Below are positions 1 through 13,242 of a stretch of DNA of 64,000 nt, one piece after another. The position numbers and the translations under genes were made by a program. The stretch lies in the NCBI RefSeq assembly GCF_054482525.1, contig NZ_CM137006.1, one strand, 5' to 3'. Every line of letters begins with the position of its first letter. Within the stretch, counting starts at the first letter, position 1. Under the pieces are notes generated by a model, which searched no databases, was not told the DNA's origin, and saw only the letters and a program-made list of their open reading frames with translations.

Positions 1-688
1 TAGAAAGTCCGGGGGGAGTTACTGAATGTCTGTTAAGTGGTGCCGTGGGTGGAGACTGCTTACTTTTCCACAGTAACTGCAGTCATTCAGGATGCTCAGG
101 AGAGAATATGTCAACGCCACGGGCCGGGCCATTTTCATGCCAGCCAGGATATTTTCAATATTGATGCTGTCTGCTTTTCACCATTTCATCCTCACTGACT
201 GATGTTGTATTTTTGTGCAGCACTACAGATTTGCGTTTCTCTTTTAACTGGTCACGCTCTCCTTTGATATTCAGCGTGGTTGAGTGATGCAGCAGTTGAT
301 TCAGGATTGCTGTTGCCCTGCAACCACCATATCAACTTCTTCCCGGCATGCCGGCGCTGGTATCCAGGCCGGGTTTCGAAGTGAAGCGTTCCTGACGGAC
401 TCATTGATATCCGGGCCGGATGTAGTCATGCAGCATGGAACGTCTACCCGTATACACTGACGGCGTCCGGCCGTGTACATCTCTTCCGCGGTTCAGGGAG
501 CAGCTGTCGCCATGTACTTATTGTCACCAGGAGAGGCATGTACCGCAGCATGCCAGCTCAGCAGTGACAGGATGCCCTTAAGACATCCGTCATGGCTCAG
601 TATGACGACGCCCCCGCTCTGCAGGTGAGCATGCGGGGCCGGGAGCAGCATTCCCGTATTTTGCCGCACCTTCCGGAAGCAACCGGCA

Positions 689-1306
689 TCAGTTACGGTT
701 ATCGTCAACCGTTGTGCGGTATGCCAGGAGCACGTACTGATCCATCAGATCCGCCAGTGCTGCGTTCTGCTTCTGACGGTCGATGATCCATTCCCCCAGC
801 TCTTTTTCTGATTTACGTTTCAGGTTCTCCGTCCAGTCGTCAAGGCTGTTTCCGGTCATTAAATCAAGCCAGCAAAGCCAGACCAGTTTGAGGCGCAACT
901 CAGTGCCACCAAACTGACGGAAGAGGCTGATCAGTTTATTTGCCAGAGAACGCTGCCTCAGACGTTCACATTCAGACAGCAGAATGCCTTCCAGCATCGG
1001 ATGATGAACCAGCAGATGTTCGCTGGTGCATAAGTTCACCACCAGATCATCATCCAGGGGCGGCGTGGCCCGTTTGTCAGAGCCATAAATCAGCCGGTGC
1101 AGACTCCGGGGGACGATGGCAATCTCCGGTTTTTCACCATTGAATGACACCCACCCGGGCGTCAGATTATGGAAGTAGTGGATATTCGGATGACACACGC
1201 CCCAGGATACGGCGTGCCGGGTGAAGCCGGTCAGCCATTTCTGGTAGCTTTCGTGGAGCAGCTCGTAACGGGTCTGATACTGTGGTTTCATTTTCATATT
1301 CCTCAC
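689..1306 (-). CDS. hypothetical protein (205 aa) immediately downstream of alpA
   Basis: Intact ORF in track; same strand, 78 bp downstream of the AlpA-like gene; no motif I can assign. Confidence 0.4.
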   Translation of the reverse strand: MRNMKMKPQYQTRYELLHESYQKWLTGFTRHAVSWGVCHPNIHYFHNLTPGWVSFNGEKPEIAIVPRSLHRLIYGSDKRATPPLDDDLVVNLCTSEHLLVHHPMLEGILLSECERLRQRSLANKLISLFRQFGGTELRLKLVWLCWLDLMTGNSLDDWTENLKRKSEKELGEWIIDRQKQNAALADLMDQYVLLAYRTTVDDNRN

Positions 1307-1384
1307 GGGGGATAACAGGCAGCAGAACGCCGCCGGCAGGCCGGAGATTGCGTCTGCTGTGGGTGAAGGGGCAGTGGTTAAAAA

Positions 1385-1570
1385 TTACGGACGGGACTGT
1401 GCAATACGCGCCTGCAGCCAGGCTTCCACTTCACTTTTCAGCCAGCGGGAGCTGCGGCCAAGTTTGATGGGAGCCGGAAAGGCCCCATCCTTGATGAGCT
1501 TGTAAAACCACTTATCGGTCAGGCCGGTCAGCTGAGTGATAAACGCCATATCGACCATCTGGTCATCCAT
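1385..1570 (-). CDS. alpA: AlpA-family island/prophage transcriptional regulator
   Basis: 61-aa ORF with hallmark motif GLTDKWFYKLIKDGAFPAPIKLGRSSRWLKSEVEAWL; paralogue at 30160..30396. Confidence 0.8.
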   Translation of the reverse strand: MDDQMVDMAFITQLTGLTDKWFYKLIKDGAFPAPIKLGRSSRWLKSEVEAWLQARIAQSRP

Positions 1571-1975
1571 CAGCGAAACTGGGGGGGGTCATAAAAATCT
1601 CCTCCGGATGTTGTTAATCTCAACCGGCGTTGATGATGAAAACAACGCACCACCTTCACCGGCATAACAACCGGGGAGAAACGTAAAAAATCAGTAGGGG
1701 AATATTCCTGCCAGGAGAGAAACGGTTGTGTACAGGCAATACAGGTTGTCTGTTTTGTCAGTGAAGCCGGTATAAACGGAAGATGATTTTGTGTTGCCGG
1801 AATATGGGATGGTATTTTGTCGTGACGGAATCAGTATTTTCAGTGATGATTATTACTGCGCAGGGGAGTACCGGAGAGAAACCACGCCCTGTACCTGCCA
1901 GAGCGGTGGTTTGTATTGACTGAACGGAAGATAAAGCGAGGTAAACACTGTTGTGGTGAGCGGAGAAGACTGAGA

Positions 1976-2767
1976 TTATTCTCTGTAATTACAAACAACA
2001 GTGATCTTATCCGGTTTTTTTACCGTTACGGGTTTCAGGGGATCAATTTTATAGACCGGGGTAATGACCACGCCGTAATTTATGGAGAAAAGCGGGATCC
2101 AGCAATAAACGTCAGGATATTTCTGTGTCTCCGGAATACCTTTTGTGCCAGAGGCCATCAGATCTTTAACGCTCACGAAAAATGACTTCCGCAGATCAAA
2201 AAAGTACTCGTTATATATCACATCCTTTGCCAGCAGGATGACTGCATTACCAACAGCCGATTTTACAGGTGTTTCATCAGGTGGATTATCGTGATTGTAT
2301 ATTGTTCTTTCTATATAAATAAAACAGGCATATTTCGTCTTCTCCCCGGATAGTTGCATCTGGTATTCGCAAATGTCTTTGATATACCGACTTTCAACCC
2401 TTCCAATCATCTTATCCCGGCGATAGTGTCTTTTATGTTTCAGCGCGTACAGAACACCATTTGAACTGTCAAACTCCAGGACACTTCTGGTGAAAAGTTT
2501 GTTTTCCCAGATCTCCAGACAATACTTCTCTGCACTGACGACATTGCGTTTGTGGGGAAGATCCCGTTGATACACTCCATTTAATAAGCGTGACTGCAGT
2601 TCGCCTGCAAGTTGATAGTAACAGTTAATGTCATTAAGGACAGGTGCTGTGGCGTTGAGTAATGTGTTGATTACCTTAGAGCGCGAAAGTTTGTGGGTAT
2701 GACAGTACTCATCCACAATTCGCAGTGTCTCATCACTGGTCATATTGAAAGTTATACGTGTTGTCAT
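1976..2767 (-). CDS. hypothetical protein with N-terminal ribbon-helix-helix-like segment fused to unknown ~220-aa domain
   Basis: 263-aa ORF; N-terminus RITFNMTSDETLRIVDEYCH...SRSKVINTLL fits strand/helix/helix RHH pattern (pattern-based inference); AT-rich. Confidence 0.45.
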   Translation of the reverse strand: MTTRITFNMTSDETLRIVDEYCHTHKLSRSKVINTLLNATAPVLNDINCYYQLAGELQSRLLNGVYQRDLPHKRNVVSAEKYCLEIWENKLFTRSVLEFDSSNGVLYALKHKRHYRRDKMIGRVESRYIKDICEYQMQLSGEKTKYACFIYIERTIYNHDNPPDETPVKSAVGNAVILLAKDVIYNEYFFDLRKSFFVSVKDLMASGTKGIPETQKYPDVYCWIPLFSINYGVVITPVYKIDPLKPVTVKKPDKITVVCNYRE

Positions 2768-3097
2768 GATGAAGTTTTCTGTTAATCATACTGGTTGATA
2801 TGCATAACATTTCATAAAAAATACTGTTAATTCATATAATTGATTTTTTGACTGGTTTTATCCTCGTGTGGTGGAAAGCAGTATTACTGCCACTGTAGTC
2901 AGCATAAATCTATCACACAGAACCACCGAAAATGAAGCATTGCTCAGGGGGAAGCTGCCACTCGTATGAGTTCTCTGAACCATGATAACCAGTATTTTTC
3001 GTTTTGGGTGATTTGTTTATCGTTACAGCTACATACAGTTCATGTACCATTAAAAAATAATAAAGGTTAATTAGTATTATTTATAGAAGTATGTTTA

Positions 3098-3148
3098 TGT
3101 AATTCTACCGTGTAAATGAACCCTGTAATTCTACCTTGTAAATACACC
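3098..3148. repeat. tandem direct repeat (2 x ~25 bp) in AT-rich intergenic region
   Basis: Read directly: tgtaattctaccgtgtaaatgaacc followed by ctgtaattctaccttgtaaatacacc; extra tagaagt copies nearby. Confidence 0.6.
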
Positions 3149-4182
3149 TTGTAACCAAGTCCTGTAGAAGTCTGTCTCATAGAAGTATCTGTGCAGTGAT
3201 ATTCTCTGTAGTAGTACTTGTAACTCTGTCCTTAACTCTCTCTTCAGTAATGTAGTCCCGCAACACCTGAATATAAATCTGTAATGTTCACACACTGACT
3301 GTAACGTGCTTTGTTAAGTAATGTCTGCTATTTTTTTCTGTTATTTTTCCTGTTGTTTTCTGTATTTTGTTGTATGGTGTAATAACTATTCTGAACCCGT
3401 CATCACCTTTATAGCTAAGAGTATGACTTCGCCAGTGTTGATACTGTGGATAACGGTGATTAAGGAATTACTGTTAATGATCTGTTCCTGCAGCTCACCT
3501 GATGAGTTTTGGTAGTAATACGTAAAAGAGTATGCCTCATGTCATTAAAAAGTCTTCCGGAGTGTTGTTTAACCCTGTACCTCTGTTACTCATGTAGTAC
3601 GTTGCGGAAAGCTACGTTAATTGTAATATCTGGTTATGGCGTTATGCCTTCAGTATTAAAAACATCTTTTACCGGAGAAACTGGGAAGTGGAAAGGCTTT
3701 CGGGATAACGTCAGGCCATTATGACGATATTACGTTAATCACAGTACAAGATAACGAGAGGGTAATGGAATTTTAAACCAGAGTAGTTCCACTGTTGTTC
3801 ACTGGAAAAAGTGATTTCCCACGCGCGTTATAAGCTTACTCCAGAGGAGATGGAAGCCTTCAACTCTGCGGTCGATCACCGGCTGGCAGAACTGACCATG
3901 AACAAACTTTACGATCGTGTTCCCGCTTCAGTCTGGAAATATGTTACCTGATAAATGTTTCTGATGAAGTACAGTCGTCACAATGACATCACTTCAGATA
4001 TTATCTGCGCTGTGATTGACTGTCACGTATGCCGTTCTCTGTATGGTTCTGATACCCGGGTGTGGTCCCACTTTCTCTGTGGCGCCCGGGGAGTTGTGAA
4101 CCTGCACGTCTTCGTGTGATAACGTTTTCTTCAAAAATTACGCCAGCGCTTCTTCCTGTGTTACAGAACACGAGGAAGAAAC

Positions 4183-4782
4183 ATGAAGACTTACAACACC
4201 AATCCCGGTTACGAAATGGATCCCCAGCTCCTGACACACTTTAACCAGCATCTGGATTCATTATTCGGGGTATATTCGAAACTGTTACCGTTCAGAATGG
4301 ATTTTGCTTACCGAAAAAACACCCTCAGCTACAGATGTGCCTGCAGGTACGCCATGTGCGCGGAGATACTGCGACTGATTAACGAAGTGGGAGAGAAACT
4401 GGTCGGGTATGCCTGGGTAATGGAATATACGGAACGTAAAGGGCTTCACATTCATTTTGTGGGCTATCTGAACGGTCAGAGCCACAGGAGTTCGTATCTG
4501 GTATCCAGATTGATGGGAGATATCTGGAGGCGGGTTACCGAGGGTGATGGTTACTACCACTGGTGCCGGTTTAATAAAAATTATCCGGTAAACATTAACC
4601 ACGTCATTCACTATTCAGATCACAAAGCGGTGAATGCCTTACGCTATGCCATCAGCTACCTGGCCAAACGAGAACAGAAAGAATGTGGCATCATCCTGAA
4701 ATGCAGCGGGCTTCCTGAAAAAAGTAATCGGGGTCGACCGCGACTGGGCAGCCCCCTGCCGGAGACTTATTCTCTGGTGTAA
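4183..4782 (+). CDS. inovirus Gp2-family protein (YagK/YfjJ-like, rolling-circle initiator homologue)
   Basis: 199-aa ORF; motifs LPFRMDFAYRKN, GLHIHFVGYL, ALRYAISYLAKRE shared with paralogues at 23552 and 28669. Confidence 0.65.
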   Translation: MKTYNTNPGYEMDPQLLTHFNQHLDSLFGVYSKLLPFRMDFAYRKNTLSYRCACRYAMCAEILRLINEVGEKLVGYAWVMEYTERKGLHIHFVGYLNGQSHRSSYLVSRLMGDIWRRVTEGDGYYHWCRFNKNYPVNINHVIHYSDHKAVNALRYAISYLAKREQKECGIILKCSGLPEKSNRGRPRLGSPLPETYSLV

Positions 4783-5090
4783 GACCCTGAACGACAACTA
4801 CGGGCTGGCGCTAATTGTTACAGTCGGTTCCGGAGGCCACTTCAGGGACTCTGCGCATTTTTTACGACATGGCTATTCCGTATGAACCATACGGAGATTT
4901 AACCATGGCACATTCTTTACCATTCCTTCCGGCAACCGATACAGCACATCCTCCGATGTCCATCCCTGCCTGCTGACAGTTTTTTACGCCGGAGGGCCAT
5001 TGTGTGACAACCACAGTGCTGTAACAGCAACCAGCCTGCTTTACCCAAACTCCAGTCCAGATTTTAACTGAACCGCCATTCACACCCTGA

Positions 5091-7290
<2,200 letters not shown>

Positions 7291-7302
7291 GCTTTTCATA
7301 CT

Positions 7303-7803
7303 TTATGAACGTACATCAGCAAAATGCGTCAGTAATTTTTGATTAATGTCTTTAAACAGTTCACGTTCATCATAGGTCAGAGGACTCCAGATTTCTTTCA
7401 GGTACTGGTTTTGTGTAAGGGTAATGCCCTGAATAAAGGACAGGCCTTCAGATGTCAGACTGATTTTTTTAGCACGGCGGTCCTCTTTGCTATCAGTTCT
7501 TTCTGTATATCCGGCTTTTTCTAAAAAATCTGTAATGCGGGTAATGTTTGTTCTGGTAAACTGGAGTTCTCTGCTGATCTCTGAAGGCGAAAGACAATGA
7601 TTATCTGCTGTAGATAATACGGTGAGAACCATATATGTTGAGTAATTTATTCCGTATCCTCCCAGCATTCTCGATATATTATCCTGTATTTTCTTGTTTG
7701 CACGGATACAGAGTTGTATCAAAAGATGTTCCTGACAGGGATACAGGGGATCTTTGTTTTGTTGATATTTGATTATCTTCTCTAATGAGTGTATGTTTTC
7801 CAT
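7303..7803 (-). CDS. MarR-family winged-helix regulator (possibly fimbrial-operon X-type, PapX/SfaX-like)
   Basis: 166-aa ORF with MarR-like wHTH region (LSPSEISRELQFTRTNITRITDFLEKAGYTER...DRRAKKISLT); subfamily from memory only; 3' end lies 13 bp from IS100. Confidence 0.55.
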   Translation of the reverse strand: MENIHSLEKIIKYQQNKDPLYPCQEHLLIQLCIRANKKIQDNISRMLGGYGINYSTYMVLTVLSTADNHCLSPSEISRELQFTRTNITRITDFLEKAGYTERTDSKEDRRAKKISLTSEGLSFIQGITLTQNQYLKEIWSPLTYDERELFKDINQKLLTHFADVRS

Positions 7804-8603
7804 TTAATCATTTTCCATATACTGAAACATTCTGCCTTTATATAAAAGTGCATCAGTCATCCGGTAAATATCTACTTTTCACAACAATCTATGACTGCCT
7901 GATATCTGTATGAGTGAGGCGGCCCGGCAGAGAGTAAGAGCAGATTCCTTCAAATAAAAGAACATAAATGTTCATCGCTGACAAGATGGTGAAAGAATTA
8001 TTTATACTGTTAAATCAGTATAGATAATCTATCTGCCCCTGTGCTTTGTTGAACGAATCCTGACGGCCCTGAATATTCATGCAATATTATTTTATTCAGT
8101 GCACGGTAATATCCTGATTTCCATAGCATGGTGGATATGTGTATCCGGGATGGATGTTTACCAGAACCTTCTCTGTTCCAGTGTGTGGAGTTTTACAGAA
8201 GAGGCGACTGTATGCAACTCTTGCCCCGTAACTGTCTTTATTCGTTTCTCCACACTCTCCGGACATTGTAAATTCCAGATGTGTGGCAGTGTGTTTTTCG
8301 TAAATCGTACACAATGCATTTTTACACGGAGTTCAGCCAGTCGTATCACTGAGAGTTTTTTTTCTGATTTGTACCACTCATGCAGCAGTGATAAGGAGAT
8401 ATTTTCTCTGTCGGGCCAGCAGGGGCGGTGCCACCTGTTTAGTTTTCTTATGTTTGGTAAAAGAGAGGCTAAAATATATACAACAGGCGTATGTAATGAT
8501 TCATATTGTTAATCATTAACCAGTAAGAATTAATGTAGTGGATCGGTAATTCAGGACACCTCGAAATCCTGTTAATGTTAAAACAGTGAAAATGGGGTGA
8601 TGC

Positions 8604-8921
8604 ATGAGCAAAACTCGTCGGACTAAACGCACCTTTTCCCCGGAGTTCAGGCTCGAAGCTATCGAGCAAGTAGTTAAATACCAGCGCGATGTCAGAGAAG
8701 TCGCGCTGGCACTTGAGCTCAATCCTGACCATTTGCGTAAATGGATACGGTTGTATAAGCTGGAACTTCAGGGTATTGAGCCCGCTGGTAATGCCATACC
8801 CCTGAACAGCGAGAAATTCAGCAGCTTAAAAGCGCAGATAAAGCGCCTTGAGATGGAAAAAGAAATACTAAAGCAGGCTGCCGTGCTGATGAGCGAAATC
8901 CCCGGCAAGCTGTCGCGCTAA
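8604..8921 (+). CDS. IS3-family transposase OrfA; downstream OrfB truncated after ~35 codons (IS remnant)
   Basis: 105-aa ORF with IS3-type OrfA pattern (FSPEFRLEAI..., leucine-zipper-like LEMEKEILKQAAVLM); orfB-like frame stops near 9030. Confidence 0.6.
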   Translation: MSKTRRTKRTFSPEFRLEAIEQVVKYQRDVREVALALELNPDHLRKWIRLYKLELQGIEPAGNAIPLNSEKFSSLKAQIKRLEMEKEILKQAAVLMSEIPGKLSR

Positions 8922-9325
8922 TCACACTGCTGAAAGCAAAGCGGCCAGTGCGGATTATTTGTCATTTATTCGGTGTTCACCGTAGCGTTTATTACGCGCA
9001 GGTGAAGCGTCCTGTTAATGTATCAGCGCCAATGATATAAGACAGTAATTAGGATTCGGACGATTTCCTGGACTGCTTTATTATGCCAGCCCGCATTGTT
9101 GGCGGTACATTTCAGGGATGACTGCACCCAGCGAAAATTTTATACGCCGCTCGTTATACCATCTGATGTAAGCATCCACATGCCGCATGAATTTTTCAGG
9201 CGTGATACCCAATCATTTACGCCCATAATATATTTCAGTTTTCAGTCTGCCGAAAAAGCCTTCGCATGCAGCATTATCAGGCGAGCATCCTTTACGGGAC
9301 ATTGAGCGAATAAGGCCTGCTGTAT

Positions 9326-10608
9326 TCACTCTTTCCAGCCAGGCCAGCGATAATGCCCACCTCTGTCACTGTGTATCACCGGTCGTTCGCCAGCATTTAA
9401 CGTTTCGACAGCGTTATCCAGCATAGTGTTGACCAGTTCAGCATCGGGGCGTGTACTGAGAGACCAGCTCACAACTTTTCTGTCGAAGCAGTCCACCACC
9501 GGTGATAGCCAGACTTTTCCTGCAGGAAGCTGGAACTCCGTGATATCTGTCAGCCATTTCTGATTAGGTTGCTCCGCCTTAAAATCTCTGGCGATAAGGT
9601 TATCCGGAGAAGGTCCGATTTCTCCGCAATATGAGCTGTAGCGGCGATGACGGTTACGGCTGACGACAAGCTGTTCCTCCACCATAAGTCTGCGTACAAC
9701 CTTTTCTGATAGCCGATCCCCCTCATGCCTGAGCATCGCATGCAGGCGACGATAGCCATAACACTGGTAATTACTGTTAAATATATCTGTCAGCATCGTA
9801 CGTATCGTGGCGTATTTATCACTGGCTTTCAGTGCAGCCCGGTGATAAAAATAACTGCTACGGGCAAGGCCCAGAACATGCAGTAATTCTGTCAGGGGAT
9901 ATGTTTATCTCAGGGCATCAGTAATCTTTGTTTTTTCTCTGTTGTTCAGGTGACTGATGCTGATGCCCGGGTCTTTTTTTATTATTTCCTCCGCTTTTTT
10001 CAGAATATCCAGTTCCATCTGCCGGCGGCGTATTTCCTGATTCAGTCGGGCGACTTCCTCCCGCAACGCATCGCGTTCTGCCTCCAGGGAAGGGGCGTTA
10101 TGTTTACGCATAGTCTGGTAAGCACTGTTGCCGATAATTTCATCTTTCCATTTATACAATACCGCGCGACTGACACCAATACGCCTGGCGATTTCACTGG
10201 CTGATCCTTGTCGTGTACAGAGTACCATGACAGCCTGACGTTTGACTTCTGGTTCAAAGGACGCAACCGGATTGGTCTTACTGGTAAATACACGTCGTCT
10301 GTCGGGGGAACGTTCATTAACCCAGCGAGCGAGCATATCGGTACAGGGATAACCCAGAGTCCTGCTGGTAAACGCCAGGCAGCAGCCGTGGTTAAGATAA
10401 TGTTCAACGGCAACCTGTTTTTGCTCATCGGAGTAACGGTGCTTATGACGAATGGATTCTTTTGATCCGCCACCTGCTTCCCATGAACGGATCCAACGCC
10501 GCAGATTTCTTTTCGAAGGGTAGCCCAGTTCGCGTACGACGGGGCCAGCTTCTTACCATATTTGAAATAAAGCTCAATGGTGCGAATTTTTTGTTCTTCA
10601 GTAAACAT
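9326..10608 (-). pseudogene. degenerate IS3-family transposase (orfA/orfB split across three frames)
   Basis: ORFs 10042..10608 (MFTEEQKIRTIELYFKYG), 9905..10336 (HTH plus zipper LNQEIRRRQMELDILKKAEEIIKK) and 9326..9796 (integrase core ...HSDRGGHYRW) are in different frames. Confidence 0.55.
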
Positions 10609-10858
10609 GTTTCATCTCCTGAGAGTCCAGGAAATCGTCCGCATCCCCTAACGGTCAAAAATCGTGGCGTTGATACAGGGGAAATCCGTAGTTTTTGATG
10701 CCAGCCATAACGTGTTTGACTATAAAGTATTACGAAAGGACTTTAATGAGCCCCTGGAATAATTCATTAAAGTAATTTACTTCGCTATCCTTTTCCCAGT
10801 TACTCACAAAGAAAAATATTCATAAAATAATTCCCGGGCTGGCAGCCCGGGATGATTA

Positions 10859-12121
10859 CTATTTTAATGGATTGTTAATCTTTGCATATTCAAACGGGCT
10901 GATACATTGTTCTCTGTTCGCACCCAGAAAATCTGCCCACCACTGTAGCATCAGTCGACGTTCTTCCAGATGTTCTGCTTTATGGATATATGCAGCACGT
11001 ACACCATTACGCTCCTGATGGCTCATCTGACGTTCCACAGCATCGCGGGACCACAAACCTGATTCAATCAATGCACTGCACGCCATCGCCCGGAATCCAT
11101 GACCACAGACTTCCTGGGTTGTGTCATATCCCATCACCCTCAGGGCTTTATTTACAGTATTTTCACTGATCGGTTTACGCGGGTCATGTGCTCCCGTAAA
11201 GATCAGACCATTTTCACCAGCCCATGTCTGTAGTTCTGTCAGTATGGCTACAGCCTGTTTGCTGAGTGGCACAAGATGTGGTGTTCGCATCTTGGAGCCC
11301 CGGTGTGAGTATTTTACGCCTGGCAGAGGTTCGCGTTCGGCTGGAATAGTCCACATGGCATTGTCAATATCAATTTCAGACCAGCGGGAATATCTGAGTT
11401 CACTGGAACGAATAAAAACCAGTAAATTCAGCATAACTGCCAGTCGGGTGACAGGCTGACCTTTATAACCGTCAATACGCGACAGAAGTTCAGGCAGGCG
11501 TGAAAGATCCAGAGCAGGGCGATGCTGGCGTTTTACCGTGGTCAATGCACCAGCCATATCCAGAGCCGGGTTATATCTGATGATGCCAGACTGTACGGCA
11601 TAACGCATTACAGCAGATATTCTTTGCTGCAGACGACTGGCGATTTCATAAATTTGTTTTGCTTCTGCAGCACGAACAGGGATAAGCAGGTCCGGGGTAT
11701 TGAGTGTTGTGATATCCCGGTTGCCGATAAAGGGGAAAACGTGTGTCTCGAGGCTTTTGATTACTTTATCGCTGTGTGATTGTGCCCATTGTTTATTACT
11801 GGCATGCCAGCGTCGTGCAATATGTTCAAAAGAGAGTTGTAAATCAGGGACTACTTTTTTAGCTCTTTTTTGTTCGCAAGGGTCAATCCCCTCTGAAATC
11901 AGTTTTCGGGCCTCATCCCGTTTTGTACGAGCTTCGGAGAGAGAAACTTCTGGATATACACCAAGTGCCAGAGTCTTCTCCTTACCCAGAATACGATAAC
12001 GGAGACGCCAGTAACGGGAACCATTAGGATGAACCAGCAGGAACATGCCAGCCCCGTCAGTGAGTTTATAAGCCTTGTCAGTGTGCTTTGCAGCCCGGAT
12101 TTTTGCGTCAGTCAGTGCCAT
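10859..12121 (-). CDS. int: P4-type tyrosine integrase
   Basis: 420-aa ORF; N-terminal MALTDAKIRAAK, C-terminal catalytic region HGFRAMACSAL...YIHKAEH; partial copies at 52262..52335 and 62508..62690. Confidence 0.9.
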   Translation of the reverse strand: MALTDAKIRAAKHTDKAYKLTDGAGMFLLVHPNGSRYWRLRYRILGKEKTLALGVYPEVSLSEARTKRDEARKLISEGIDPCEQKRAKKVVPDLQLSFEHIARRWHASNKQWAQSHSDKVIKSLETHVFPFIGNRDITTLNTPDLLIPVRAAEAKQIYEIASRLQQRISAVMRYAVQSGIIRYNPALDMAGALTTVKRQHRPALDLSRLPELLSRIDGYKGQPVTRLAVMLNLLVFIRSSELRYSRWSEIDIDNAMWTIPAEREPLPGVKYSHRGSKMRTPHLVPLSKQAVAILTELQTWAGENGLIFTGAHDPRKPISENTVNKALRVMGYDTTQEVCGHGFRAMACSALIESGLWSRDAVERQMSHQERNGVRAAYIHKAEHLEERRLMLQWWADFLGANREQCISPFEYAKINNPLK

Positions 12122-12318
12122 AGTTCAGCCTTCTGAATGCGTTAAAGAGGGTACAAATTCTGTCGAACTGGGGTATACCCGCAATTATACCCACACAATG
12201 GGGTTGATGTGGGGGGAATCTGGTTGAGTTCGGTAGAATTGATTTGGAGGCAGAACGCTTAAATTGTGGCGTTCTGAAACGAAAAACGGACCTCCGTGGA
12301 GGTCCGTTGATATGAATT

Positions 12319-12337
12319 TGGTGCCCGGACTCGGAAT
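12319..12337 (-). repeat. 19-nt copy of the 3' end of tRNA-Phe (att-type direct repeat), not a complete tRNA
   Basis: tggtgcccggactcggaat is the reverse complement of ATTCCGAGTCCGGGCACCA; identity to tRNA-Phe stops after ~19 nt; ~200 bp upstream of int on the same strand. Confidence 0.55.
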
Positions 12338-12584
12338 GAAACTGGTTATATAACCAATTGTTTTGTATCGACTGTTTTATCCTTGTTCTTTTTGAGGCCA
12401 CCAATGAGGCCCCCATGTGCAATTCGAATTCTTTTGACGCTATAATCCCTCTTTCTTGTGGTTTGTTGTAATCATTTTGTCTGGTTCGATATGCTGAATC
12501 GCGGAATCGAAGTGACAACAAAATACAGAGATTTATAAAATACCTGGCTACCTGTGTTAGGGAGCGTTAACGCACAGATTTTGT

Positions 12585-12911
12585 TTATGGCTGCCAGAAA
12601 TGATCTGATGGTTTGTCGTCTGGCTCTGCAAGTACCCTGTTGATATCCCGGGAACCATGAACGATACGTTCGATACGAACTTCAGTATCCAGTACCCTGA
12701 ACAGCAGAAGGTAACGACCATACGAACAACCTCTGATCCCAGCCCCTAACTCGGGTCTTTCTCTGTAGAGTACTGGCGATTCGGCTATCAACAGACATTG
12801 TTGGTAAAGCTCTTCGGTAAAACTGATTGCACGGACAGGATTATCCTGAGCGATCCAGTCACCTATAGCTTCAAGATCGTGTTCTGCTAATGGTGAAACA
12901 GTCAGTTTCAT
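12585..12911 (-). CDS. parE: ParE/RelE-family type II toxin
   Basis: 108-aa ORF overlapping upstream antitoxin gene by 4 bp; typical small-toxin size and arrangement. Confidence 0.7.
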   Translation of the reverse strand: MKLTVSPLAEHDLEAIGDWIAQDNPVRAISFTEELYQQCLLIAESPVLYRERPELGAGIRGCSYGRYLLLFRVLDTEVRIERIVHGSRDINRVLAEPDDKPSDHFWQP

Positions 12912-13171
12912 ATTGGCTGTTCACCTTCTGCCATCTTTTTGTATTTGTGCGTCAGTCGCCCGAATACCTCTTCAGCACTTTTACTTTCACCGCTGTTGAT
13001 GCCTGCGGCCACGGCGCTCTGGAGTGATTCAAGCTTTATCTGCTGTTCCCGTTCTTCCAGAGCACGAAGTCCGGCACGAATGACTTCACTTGTATTGTTG
13101 TACCGACCACTTTCTATTTGTTCGCGGATAAACGTTTCAAAGTAAGGACTGAGGGATACACTGGTAGGCAT
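12908..13171 (-). CDS. parD: ParD-family (RHH) type II antitoxin
   Basis: 87-aa ORF; N-terminal RHH pattern VSLSPYFETFIREQIESGRYNNTSEVIRAGLRALEE. Confidence 0.7.
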   Translation of the reverse strand: MPTSVSLSPYFETFIREQIESGRYNNTSEVIRAGLRALEEREQQIKLESLQSAVAAGINSGESKSAEEVFGRLTHKYKKMAEGEQPI

Positions 13172-13242
13172 GGTTATTTTCTCGCCGATTGATTACTATC
13201 AATTAATAATAGTTAATATTCGCGAATTGTAAAATACCTCTT

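Noticed and set aside
1-688. Possible gene at the left edge of the window (ORFs 493..708, 592..786)
   Set aside because: Only short overlapping ORFs on both strands with no motifs; cannot be supported from this fragment.
8096-8512. ORFs 8099..8512 (+) and 8096..8314 (-) in the AT-rich gap between the MarR-like gene and the IS3-family orfA
   Set aside because: Mutually overlapping on opposite strands, Cys/Ser-rich low-complexity translations, no start context; probably decayed non-coding DNA.
12296-12375. Possible complete tRNA-Phe gene next to the integrase
   Set aside because: Only ~19 nt match the tRNA-Phe 3' end; the sequence beyond does not continue into a T-arm or the rest of the tRNA, so it is an att-type partial copy.
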